DNA from: Candidatus Altiarchaeota archaeon
Lineage (GTDB): Archaea > Altiarchaeota > Altiarchaeia > IMC4 > SCGC-AAA252-I15
Assembly (NCBI GenBank): GCA_043813075.1
Contig: JBDRLL010000020.1
Coordinates: 1 to 64,000, forward strand
DNA: 64,000 bases
Reading direction: 5' to 3'
Positions 56,305-64,000 of this stretch are shown piece after piece (the first letter of the stretch is position 1; each line of letters opens with the position of its first letter). The position numbers were made by a program, and so were the translations under genes. The notes below the pieces were generated by a model. The model saw only the letters and a program-made list of their open reading frames with translations, was not told the DNA's origin and ran no database searches.

Positions 56305-57558
56305 TTAATCTATGTCTATGCTCTCCCCTATCTCTGGCACGTGCACGTTGAATCCTGGCAGCATGGATGCGAGCGTCTCGCAGGATTCGCCGTCACCATG
56401 CACTAGCACCACATCCTCGGGCTTCATGGCCTCTATTGTCTTCACCAGGTCCTTCTGGTCGCTGTGTGCGCTGAAGTCGAATTGGGAGAGCCTCATGTTG
56501 ACCTTGAACTTCCTTCCTGAAATCTCGTCCACTATGAATCCTTCGTCCATTAGAAGCCTGCCGTTGCAGTCCTCAACCTGGTATCCCGTAAGTATGACAC
56601 TGCTGTTCGCGTCCCTGTGGAGTCTGCCAAGGTAGTCGAGCACAGGCCCTCCCTCTAACATTCCTGCAGTGGTGACTATGACACAGGGTTTCTGTGTTAT
56701 CTCCTTCCTCATCTGCCTGCCCTTCACCCATATGCTGTTGCTCACAACCTCATGCAGCTTATCGTATTCCTTGACGCATCCCTCATGGTTTAATATGGTC
56801 TGGGACGCCTTTTTCGCCATGCCGTCAAGGTATATGTCGTATCCTATGTCCCTCAGCACAAGCAGCAGCTCCTGGGCTCGTCCTATCGCGAATGCGGGAA
56901 TCAATGCTATACCGTCCCTCTCAAGCGTAGACTCTACTTCAGCAAGGAATTCCCTTTCAACATCCCTGCGGTCAGTGTGCGTCCTATTACCGTATGTGGA
57001 CTCGCATATCAGCACGTCAGTACTTTCAGGATACTCTGCGGCAGGCTGGAGTCTCGTCTCAGTAGCCTTAGTGTCTCCCGTGTAGAACACCCTCTTCCCA
57101 TCCACTTCCATCTGTATCCCTGCGCTGCCTGGAATATGGCCTGCGTCGTAGAATGTCATGATGGCGCCTTCAGGGATGGTGTATTCCCTCCCGTATTCCA
57201 CTAACTTCTCTTTTGTTGCTAGGTCTTCAATGTCATCGTCGATGTATCTGAGCGGATGCCCCTTCAGCTTGTCTATCTTCAGGGAGTCGTGTTGTAGCAT
57301 GTGGCTCAGCTCCTGGGTGACTCCCGTAAGGTATACTGGCATGTGTTCCTGCCTGAATACCGTCGGTATGTTCCCGCAGTGGTCTAGGTGAGCGTGCGAG
57401 AGTATGAGGGCGTCCACCTCTTCCACAGGCAGAGGGTATGTGGGAGGTTCGTCGAGTTTCAACCCGGAATCCATGATGAGTTGCAGTCCGTTGGATTCAA
57501 GGAGTATGGATGATTTGCCGACTTCTCTGGCGCCTCCGAGGAATGTGAGTTTGACCAT
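56305..57558 (-). CDS. Metallo-beta-lactamase / beta-CASP ribonuclease without an N-terminal KH domain
   Basis: FLGGAREVGKS, SHAHLDH, AGHIPG, YTGD, ESTYG, FSAHSD and LVHGD. Confidence 0.92.
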   Translation of the reverse strand: MVKLTFLGGAREVGKSSILLESNGLQLIMDSGLKLDEPPTYPLPVEEVDALILSHAHLDHCGNIPTVFRQEHMPVYLTGVTQELSHMLQHDSLKIDKLKGHPLRYIDDDIEDLATKEKLVEYGREYTIPEGAIMTFYDAGHIPGSAGIQMEVDGKRVFYTGDTKATETRLQPAAEYPESTDVLICESTYGNRTHTDRRDVEREFLAEVESTLERDGIALIPAFAIGRAQELLLVLRDIGYDIYLDGMAKKASQTILNHEGCVKEYDKLHEVVSNSIWVKGRQMRKEITQKPCVIVTTAGMLEGGPVLDYLGRLHRDANSSVILTGYQVEDCNGRLLMDEGFIVDEISGRKFKVNMRLSQFDFSAHSDQKDLVKTIEAMKPEDVVLVHGDGESCETLASMLPGFNVHVPEIGESIDID

Positions 57559-57611
57559 GTCTACTAATCTGTTTCACCGTATTTAAGCATGTCTTGGAAA
57601 GACTATTGACG

Positions 57612-58472
57612 ATGGATGATGTTGACTCCATTCTGGGCGAGTTAAGCACCCTCCTGTCAAGCGCGGTCGAGGGGTTGTGTGAGGAGAAGACGGGGGTGGT
57701 GTTCTCGTCAGGTGTTGACAGCGCGTTGATAGCCTCCCTGGCGGCTGAATGCTGTGAAATCATGGCGTATGCTGTTGGATTCGAGGGTTCGCCTGACGTG
57801 GACTGCGCGAGGTCGGTTGAGTCTGAATTGGGATTCCCTGTAGAGTACGTTAGTCTATCCCATGATATGATCGAGGATGCTGTTCCGGAAATCCTGGGGA
57901 TTGTCGGCGAGCCTAATCCGGTTAAGGTGGGCGTCGGCATACCCTTCTATTACGCCTCTAAAAAGGCTTTTGAGGACGGTTTCAGCGTGATGCTGTGCGG
58001 GCAGGGTGGGGACGAACTTTTCGGCGGCTACTGGCGGTATGTGGACGCATATGTGTCTGAAGGTGGTGGAAAGGTCGTTGAGATGATGAAGAGCGATGTC
58101 AAGACAGCAGATGACGACAACCTGGATCGAGACCGCGCTGTATGCAGGCACAATGGCGTGGAACTGAGGATACCCTACATAGGGGAAAAATTCATGGAGT
58201 ATGTTGAGGGCCTTCCCATCGACTTGAAGGTTCGCGAGGTCGACCAGTCTTTCAGCGAATTCACGTGCATAGACGAGGTTGAAGGCCGTAGGTTTGTCCG
58301 CAAGTACGTGCTCCGTCTTCTCGCACGGAAGCATGGTCTGCCCGAGCGGGTCATCAACAGGAGTAAGAAGGCTGCGCAGTACGGTAGCGCTGTGAACAAG
58401 CATTTGGAGAAGATTGCAAGGAAGAACGGTTTCCAGCACACGCGGGAGTACCTGGAGTCATTCAAAATATAG
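57612..58472 (+). CDS. Asparagine-synthase C-terminal (ATP pyrophosphatase) domain without a glutaminase domain
   Basis: FSSGVDS, GQGGDELFGGY, ELRIPY, RKYVLR and KKAAQYGS. TTG 57594 is an alternative start. Confidence 0.85.
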   Translation: MDDVDSILGELSTLLSSAVEGLCEEKTGVVFSSGVDSALIASLAAECCEIMAYAVGFEGSPDVDCARSVESELGFPVEYVSLSHDMIEDAVPEILGIVGEPNPVKVGVGIPFYYASKKAFEDGFSVMLCGQGGDELFGGYWRYVDAYVSEGGGKVVEMMKSDVKTADDDNLDRDRAVCRHNGVELRIPYIGEKFMEYVEGLPIDLKVREVDQSFSEFTCIDEVEGRRFVRKYVLRLLARKHGLPERVINRSKKAAQYGSAVNKHLEKIARKNGFQHTREYLESFKI

Positions 58473-58484
58473 CCGGCATATTCC

Positions 58485-58754
58485 TCATTTCATCCCGAAT
58501 GAGCCTTTTGTCATACCATCCAAGATTCTTTGCGCGTCATTCAAGTATCCCATGCGTCCCGCATAGTACAATGCTGCCAAGAGTATCAGCAGGAGCACTC
58601 CATAGTACGCCATCGTCCGCGCGGTCTTCCAGCCATCATCCCCGCTATTATCGGGCTGTTCTTCATCTCCCATCACTGTTCCCTTCTCATCAGCATCTGT
58701 TTTCAATGGTTTTTCGGTTTTTTCAGGTTCTCTAACGTCCATGCCATTATCCAT
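58485..58754 (-). CDS. Small single-pass membrane protein
   Basis: Acidic N-terminus followed by TM YYGVLLLILLAALYYA. Confidence 0.6.
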   Translation of the reverse strand: MDNGMDVREPEKTEKPLKTDADEKGTVMGDEEQPDNSGDDGWKTARTMAYYGVLLLILLAALYYAGRMGYLNDAQRILDGMTKGSFGMK

Positions 58755-58764
58755 TCCACCCGCA

Positions 58765-58806
58765 CATATTTAATAATATGCTCCCCCCATATTACTCTAA
58801 TAATAT
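58765..58806. promoter_or_regulatory. Two related inverted repeats upstream of the RHH gene; candidate operator
   Basis: CATATT-taat-AATATG (58765-58780) and ATATTA-ctctaa-TAATAT (58789-58806). Confidence 0.45.
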
Positions 58807-58818
58807 CAGGATAATAAC

Positions 58819-58989
58819 ATGGCTAAGGTTAGCGTTGATATACCCCGGGAGATACTCGACGACATACGGAATCATGTAGGGCCTGACAAGAAGTTCGTGA
58901 ACGTGAGCGACGCGATACGCACCGCATGCAGGAAACTACTGGACCAGCTGGACGAGATAGACCGAAAGCACGGGAGGATAAGAGAGTGA
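58819..58989 (+). CDS. Ribbon-helix-helix (CopG/Arc) regulator, 56 aa; not in the ORF track
   Basis: Hand translation MAKVSVDIPREILDDIRNHVGPDKKFVNVSDAIRTACRKLLDQLDEIDRKHGRIRE: a beta-strand, a helix, then the N.SDAIR.A helix. Confidence 0.88.
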   Translation: MAKVSVDIPREILDDIRNHVGPDKKFVNVSDAIRTACRKLLDQLDEIDRKHGRIRE

Positions 58990-59909
58990 CCAACACAATG
59001 AGAACGCATTCAAGCAAACCGCTGGTGGTCATGCTGTGCAATGATTCCGGCCGACGCTTCAGGGAGAGTATTGGCGAGGAGATAAGGGAGCATAAACTGC
59101 CTGTTTCAGAAGGCGAACTCAGGGACATGCTGGACAAAGAGCTGGGGGGGCTAATGGAAAAACCCAAACTCATGGTTCCCATCGGCCCGATACCTGTGCT
59201 AGTCCATTCCATGCGTTCCTTCACATGGCAGCAGCATTCCAACTTCATGTTCCTGACGACAGAGCCCAACGCCCCACTCCAGCAATACCTTTCCACAGGG
59301 GAATTCGCTGGGACAGGTAAGGAATTCATAAATCAGGAAGCAGGCAAACCAACCCTAGACGTTCTTATGGGAATCAAGGACCGTCTGGGCGGACACTGCA
59401 TAATCGCAATGCCCGACGTCCTATCCGACACTGACGCAAACCAGTTAATGCGCGTCCATGTCGCGCAAGGCAACGACGTCACCGCGGCAGTGCTCGGCGA
59501 CAAGGCCGTAACCTTTGCAGGCGTTGCCGCGCTAAAGACAAGCTCCCTAACACCAGAGCTAATCGAAGGCATAGAGCGGGGGGCGGCAGGACATGAATCC
59601 AGCGTAGTCCAAAGCCCGAACAGCAGCCTGCTCAAATTGTTGCGAAGCGGCCGCACCGCCCGCTGTCAATGCGCATCCCATGCCCAGAGGATGTCCAACG
59701 CGGAAGACCTGATTAACCTGCGTTTGATGTGGGTTAGGGGCGACGCCTTCTGGCCTGGCGCATACTCATCCCTGCCTTCCAAGCCTGACGGCCCTGATCA
59801 ATTCCCCCTCCGGCTCTCACCCCACGATTTGATGGCTAAACTTGGTGATGACGCACGGCGCCTGGGGGTGCCATACGAATACAAGAATCTGAGGAGGACC
59901 ACGCAATGA
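58986..59909 (+). CDS. Degenerate nucleotidyltransferase-like protein (NTP_transferase fold)
   Basis: VMLCNDSGRRF replaces the usual LAGG.G.R; KPKLMVPIG..PVL and MPDVL are retained. GTGA overlap with the RHH stop (alternative ATG 58998). Confidence 0.6.
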   Translation: MTNTMRTHSSKPLVVMLCNDSGRRFRESIGEEIREHKLPVSEGELRDMLDKELGGLMEKPKLMVPIGPIPVLVHSMRSFTWQQHSNFMFLTTEPNAPLQQYLSTGEFAGTGKEFINQEAGKPTLDVLMGIKDRLGGHCIIAMPDVLSDTDANQLMRVHVAQGNDVTAAVLGDKAVTFAGVAALKTSSLTPELIEGIERGAAGHESSVVQSPNSSLLKLLRSGRTARCQCASHAQRMSNAEDLINLRLMWVRGDAFWPGAYSSLPSKPDGPDQFPLRLSPHDLMAKLGDDARRLGVPYEYKNLRRTTQ

Positions 59910-60247
59910 AGGCATGCAGGACATTCTATTTTGACGCAGCACACCATCTGCCTGACTACAAGGGGGGTTGCGAGCACGTGCACGGGCACACCTACCGGCT
60001 GGAGGTGGAGGTCGAAGGCGATATCAAGGATGACGGGATGGTGTTGGACTTCAATGACCTCAAGAAAGTCGTGAACAAGGAGGTTATAGACGAGTTGGAC
60101 CACAGCGACCTGAACAAGATACTGGACAATCCGACCGCGGAGAACATAACGCAATGGATATGGGACTGTCTTGAAGGCAAAATCATGGTCTCGAGAATAA
60201 GGCTTTGGGAGGGCGACCGGAAATGGGTGGAGAAGCAAAGGCAGTAA
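59906..60247 (+). CDS. queD: 6-carboxy-5,6,7,8-tetrahydropterin synthase
   Basis: FDAAHHL...CEHVHGHTY, GMVLDF, LDH..LN and PTAENI. Confidence 0.95.
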   Translation: MKACRTFYFDAAHHLPDYKGGCEHVHGHTYRLEVEVEGDIKDDGMVLDFNDLKKVVNKEVIDELDHSDLNKILDNPTAENITQWIWDCLEGKIMVSRIRLWEGDRKWVEKQRQ

Positions 60248-60900
60248 TCCTGCTGTCTGGGGGGATGGACAGTGCAGTGACTGCATACAAGGCAAAGTCC
60301 GACGGCAACATGATACACGCACTGACCGTGAACTACGGGCAACGCCACACGCGCGAGCTGGAGAGTGCTGTGAAGATAGCGGAGTCGCTTGGCGTGGAAG
60401 AGCACAAGATCGTTGAAGTAGACCCCACGTTATTCAGGGGCAGCGCCCTCACAGACTATAAGATAGACGTCCCAGAGCAAGCAGGCTCGGGAATCCCTGT
60501 CACATACGTTCCAGCGAGAAACACGATCATGCTGTCACTCGCCCTCGCATACGCGGAGACCATTAACGCTGGAAGCATATACGCTGGAATGAATGCGGTA
60601 GACTACAGCGGATACCCTGACTGCAGGCCCGAATACATCCAAGCATTCCAGGAGCTCGCGAACCTGGCGACGAAAAGGGCTGTTGAAGGCAACCCAGTTC
60701 AAATACGCGCACCCCTAGTGAAACTATCCAAGAAGGACATAGTCAACCTGGGTTCAGAGCTTAACGTACCCTTCCAGCATACGTGGAGCTGCTACAACGG
60801 CAGGGATAAGGCGTGCGGCCGATGTGACAGCTGTAGGCTCAGGCTAAAGGGCTTTGAGGAGGCGGGTATGAAGGATCCGGTAGACTATGAGAGACATTAG
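60223..60900 (+). CDS. queC: 7-cyano-7-deazaguanine (preQ0) synthase
   Basis: LLSGGMDS, YGQRH, TYVPARN, YSGYPDCR and TWSCY...CGRCDSC. Confidence 0.96.
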   Translation: MGGEAKAVILLSGGMDSAVTAYKAKSDGNMIHALTVNYGQRHTRELESAVKIAESLGVEEHKIVEVDPTLFRGSALTDYKIDVPEQAGSGIPVTYVPARNTIMLSLALAYAETINAGSIYAGMNAVDYSGYPDCRPEYIQAFQELANLATKRAVEGNPVQIRAPLVKLSKKDIVNLGSELNVPFQHTWSCYNGRDKACGRCDSCRLRLKGFEEAGMKDPVDYERH

Positions 60901-61369
60901 GCCAGACTCTGATGACTGTTGCGTGCGCGCCGAAGTCTTCATGAGGCGTGGTGAGATGGGTTATGCAGTCGAATACTATCTGAAGGCACTTGAGCTCGAC
61001 CCCAAGTCTGTGGCAGCTCATCTTAACCTGGCCATAATCTACGAGGACAATGACATCTCCAAGAGCATAGTCCACTATAATGAAGTCCTTAAGGTGGAGT
61101 CAAAGAATGTTGAGGCGCTTTACGGCCTCGGCAGGGTCTACGGCATGGAAGGAAACATAGACGAGTCCATAAAGTACTTCAAGGAGTGCATACGATTCGA
61201 CTCATTCGACAGCAGGCCGTATTGCGGTCTGGGGGTGGCCTACAGCATACAAAAGGATTACGGCAAGTCTATCGCATCTTTCGAGAAGGCGCTGGAGTTA
61301 AACCCATTCGACTTCAAGGCGATGAAACTGCTCGGCCAGGTCAGGGATGAGATGGGTGATGTGGAATGA
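60887..61369 (+). CDS. TPR-repeat protein
   Basis: About four TPR units (ALELDP...AHLNLA; ALYGLG; YCGLG...ALELNP). Confidence 0.9.
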   Translation: MRDIRPDSDDCCVRAEVFMRRGEMGYAVEYYLKALELDPKSVAAHLNLAIIYEDNDISKSIVHYNEVLKVESKNVEALYGLGRVYGMEGNIDESIKYFKECIRFDSFDSRPYCGLGVAYSIQKDYGKSIASFEKALELNPFDFKAMKLLGQVRDEMGDVE

Positions 61370-61992
61370 AGGGTCGATGGTATGAAAAATTCAGGGATGA
61401 CGGTAAACTATACTTCAACGACGACTCCTACCCCCTCATTGAGTCCATGATGGACGAGGACATGGTGGTATACTCCAAGCATGTCCCTGAAGGCGGGAGC
61501 ATCCTCGAATGCTGTTGCGGTCCGGGATACACTGCGATACCATTGTCCAAGCACTATGACGTGACCGCGTTCGACAGGGATGACATGGTACTGGATGCTG
61601 CGAGGCAGAACGCATTGAAATACGGGGGCGACGTAAGGTTTGATAAGGAAGAATTCTCCAACATATTGGTGAGGTATGGTCCGGACAGTTTTGATGCAGC
61701 GAGTTCTGGCGGAGTGCTCGAGCACTTCACGAAGCCTGAAATACGCGAGCTAGTAAAGCTGCAGTTGACTGTCGCGCCCATAGTATTCGCCCAGATGCCT
61801 CTGCATGATGAAGGCGGTGGCAGGCCAATAGAAATGGGTCATGGCATCGGCTTATACGCTTATGGCCGGGAAGACTGGCTTAACGACATACTCGCAGGAT
61901 TTAACCTGCTTGACTCGCGTAGGCTGCCTGAAAAGCCTGAGATAGCGCGATTCAGGGAGTTTATGGTGGTCATAGGGAGGGATGGAGAATGA
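61366..61992 (+). CDS. Class I SAM-dependent methyltransferase
   Basis: Motif I ILECCCGPG, motif II TAFD, and SFD...GVLEHF. Confidence 0.87.
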   Translation: MKGRWYEKFRDDGKLYFNDDSYPLIESMMDEDMVVYSKHVPEGGSILECCCGPGYTAIPLSKHYDVTAFDRDDMVLDAARQNALKYGGDVRFDKEEFSNILVRYGPDSFDAASSGGVLEHFTKPEIRELVKLQLTVAPIVFAQMPLHDEGGGRPIEMGHGIGLYAYGREDWLNDILAGFNLLDSRRLPEKPEIARFREFMVVIGRDGE

Positions 61993-62594
61993 ATGTGATA
62001 GAGATATTCTCAAGCATACAGGGAGAGGGCAAATACATCGGAAAGCCGACAGTATTCATAAGGCTTGCGGGATGCAACCTCCGGTGCGTATGGTGCGACA
62101 CAAAATATGCGCTAACAGGCGGCACAGACATCAGTGTCCCGGAGATAATCCGGCTTGTGAACCAGCAGGGCATAGGCACGGTCTGCATAACCGGGGGAGA
62201 GCCGATGCTTCAGATAGACGAGCTGAAGAAACTGGTTAAGGGGCTTAAAGACGTTGGATACCGCATTGTCTTGGAGACCAATGGCACGCTATACGATGAA
62301 TGGGTTTTCGAGAACGTTGACTGCGTCAGCCTAGACATGAAGCCCCCCAGCAGCGGGATGAAGAGCAGCGAGGGAATACTCAAGAAGCTGGTTGAAAAAG
62401 ACCAGGTGAAGGTTGTGATCTCAGACGACAGGGACTACGAGTACGCGAAGGAAATACTAAAGAAGACTTCAGTGGAAGTCATAATACAGCCTCTAGGCGG
62501 CACAAGACTGGAGGAGATAGCCGGGAAAGTTGTCGCGGAAAAAATAGATGTGAGGGTGCTGCCGCAACTCCACAAGATTATTGACGTGAAGTAG
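61989..62594 (+). CDS. queE: 7-carboxy-7-deazaguanine synthase (radical SAM)
   Basis: EIFSSIQGEG, GCNLRCVWCDT, ITGGEP, ETNG and LPQLHK. Confidence 0.95.
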   Translation: MNVIEIFSSIQGEGKYIGKPTVFIRLAGCNLRCVWCDTKYALTGGTDISVPEIIRLVNQQGIGTVCITGGEPMLQIDELKKLVKGLKDVGYRIVLETNGTLYDEWVFENVDCVSLDMKPPSSGMKSSEGILKKLVEKDQVKVVISDDRDYEYAKEILKKTSVEVIIQPLGGTRLEEIAGKVVAEKIDVRVLPQLHKIIDVK

Positions 62595-62595
62595 G

Positions 62596-63396
62596 ATGAA
62601 TAAAAAAGACACTCAAGACGAGAAGCCTGATGTCAGGGAAGACCTGCACAGGGTGGGCGTAACACACCTCAGGACGATAGTCCAGACCGAATGGAGGGGC
62701 CACAGGTACAAGTTCATACCAAGGATACGTTTAACCGTCGACCTGCCTAAAGACCGGAAGGGGGCTCACATGAGCCGTCTGGTGGAGGCGATAACCGAGT
62801 CGATTGAAGAGGAGAGCGGTCAAGTCTACGGCAGCCTTGAACTGCTAGAGCGCCGGATACTCGAAAGGCTGCTGGAAAAACACCCTTACACTCGCGGGGA
62901 GGTCAGCTTTAACACAGAGCTTGTTGTCGAACGCAAGACCCCCAAGACTGGGAGGAAGACGATGGAAGCCCACGACGTTTTTGTGACTGTGATAAAGGAG
63001 AATGGCGTGTTCAAGAAAAAACTAAAGGTTAGGGTCGTCGGCAATACGGTATGCCCCCACAGCATGGAGAATACCGGCGGTAAGCCCCACATACAGCGTG
63101 CTGTCGCCGAACTCACGGTGGAGTCAGACATAAGCTCTGACATACCCTTAGAGTCTATGATACGGGTCTGCGAGGACTCATTCTCAAGCCCCGTATACAC
63201 GCTTCTCAAGACCGAGGATGAGGCGAAGGTGGTTGAAGACATGTATGCGAACCCCAAGTTCGTGGAGGACGTCGCCCGCGAGATCATAGAGTGCGCTAGA
63301 ACACAGTTCAAGAACGCTAATATACTCGCCCGCGTCACAAGCATGGAGAGCATACACCGACATGATGTGATGGCTGAAGGAAGAATACAGACCTAA
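62596..63396 (+). CDS. folE2: GTP cyclohydrolase, FolE2/MptA family
   Basis: DTQ, RVGV, KGAHMSRL, VCP, HIQR, LLK..DE, NPKFVED and ESIH.HD. Confidence 0.92.
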   Translation: MNKKDTQDEKPDVREDLHRVGVTHLRTIVQTEWRGHRYKFIPRIRLTVDLPKDRKGAHMSRLVEAITESIEEESGQVYGSLELLERRILERLLEKHPYTRGEVSFNTELVVERKTPKTGRKTMEAHDVFVTVIKENGVFKKKLKVRVVGNTVCPHSMENTGGKPHIQRAVAELTVESDISSDIPLESMIRVCEDSFSSPVYTLLKTEDEAKVVEDMYANPKFVEDVAREIIECARTQFKNANILARVTSMESIHRHDVMAEGRIQT

Positions 63397-64000
63397 GCCT
63401 CATAGGACACGACATCCTTCCTCTGGGCCATCTGATATCCTATAACAACCCTCTGGTAGCCGCTTAATTCCTTATCCAGGCATGCATCTCCAGTATCCAC
63501 CCTCAAATACCTTGTCTCAGATAGTTTGTGGGGTGTCGCCACAATGATTATGTTCCTAACACCAGCCTTCCTTATCACTTCAGGGCTTATCTGCTGGTTT
63601 CCCCTGCCGAACACGAAACCCTGAGCGCCAATGGGGCTTACCATGATCTTCACCCTGTCAAAACCCTCCATCAATCCAAGCAGCTCTCTCTCACCGACGT
63701 CTCTAGCAATCAGCTTACCGTCCTTCACGACATCAACGCCGAGAAGCGTCTTTTCAACTCCTAGCCTGTCGGCAATTGCATTAACCGTTGTTCCTGCACC
63801 GAGTATGTATGCGGACCCGTCTCTCATGAACTCTGCCGCAAACTCTGCGATACCCCTCTTAGCCTCCTCCTCACCCCCGCCAGAGTAAATAGTCTTCGAG
63901 TCCTGGACCAGCATCGGCTTATACGGTGTCACTGCATAGCCGTAAACCCTTGTCTCCAGCCTATTGCTCCTGTACGCCTCCTCGTCAACGTCCATCACCT
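63393..64000 (-). CDS. ATP-NAD kinase family protein (COG3199-like), 5' part outside the window
   Basis: VMDVDE..YR, ILG.GTT, TLLGVD, GFVFGRGNQQIS and LRVDTGD. Confidence 0.85.
   Translation of the reverse strand, partial: VMDVDEEAYRSNRLETRVYGYAVTPYKPMLVQDSKTIYSGGGEEEAKRGIAEFAAEFMRDGSAYILGAGTTVNAIADRLGVEKTLLGVDVVKDGKLIARDVGERELLGLMEGFDRVKIMVSPIGAQGFVFGRGNQQISPEVIRKAGVRNIIIVATPHKLSETRYLRVDTGDACLDKELSGYQRVVIGYQMAQRKDVVSYEA

Noticed and set aside
59906-63396. Dpd DNA 7-deazaguanine modification or defence island
   Set aside because: No dpdA/TGT-like gene or other dpd genes are in the window, so archaeosine precursor synthesis is the simpler reading.
1-64000. tRNA or rRNA genes
   Set aside because: Intergenic gaps are mostly under 100 bp and no cloverleaf or T-loop signature was seen by eye. 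A tRNAscan-SE or Infernal run would be needed to exclude them fully.

Overview
A gene-dense 64 kb archaeal chromosomal segment. Archaeal markers include Trm1, NurA, AMP phosphorylase, GatC, geranylgeranyl reductase with its ferredoxin, an Ehb-type hydrogenase, DUF39/NIL/UPF0280 sulfur genes and TATA-like promoters. Gene content and the Thr-rich surface protein suggest an anaerobic lineage such as Altiarchaeota, which is inference only. From left to right it holds: proline genes around a surface protein; aconitase and isocitrate dehydrogenase; a homocysteine/sulfide-assimilation operon with a divergent XRE-CBS regulator; two tandem giant paralogous membrane proteins (1727 and 2188 aa) with VirB6/TrbL-like N-termini and very different long tails (helix-hairpin-helix array versus HExxH domain and repeats); DUF835-nurA-AMP phosphorylase; assorted housekeeping genes; hydrogenase maturation genes and a 14-15 gene Ehb-like group 4 [NiFe]-hydrogenase operon; a MoxR/DUF58/vWA operon; an FG-GAP surface protein; and an eight-gene 7-deazaguanine (que/folE2) operon with unexpected extra genes. 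Four short genes missing from the ORF track were read directly from the DNA. I saw no rRNA, tRNA, CRISPR array or intact mobile element. All family assignments come from motif recognition, not database searches.
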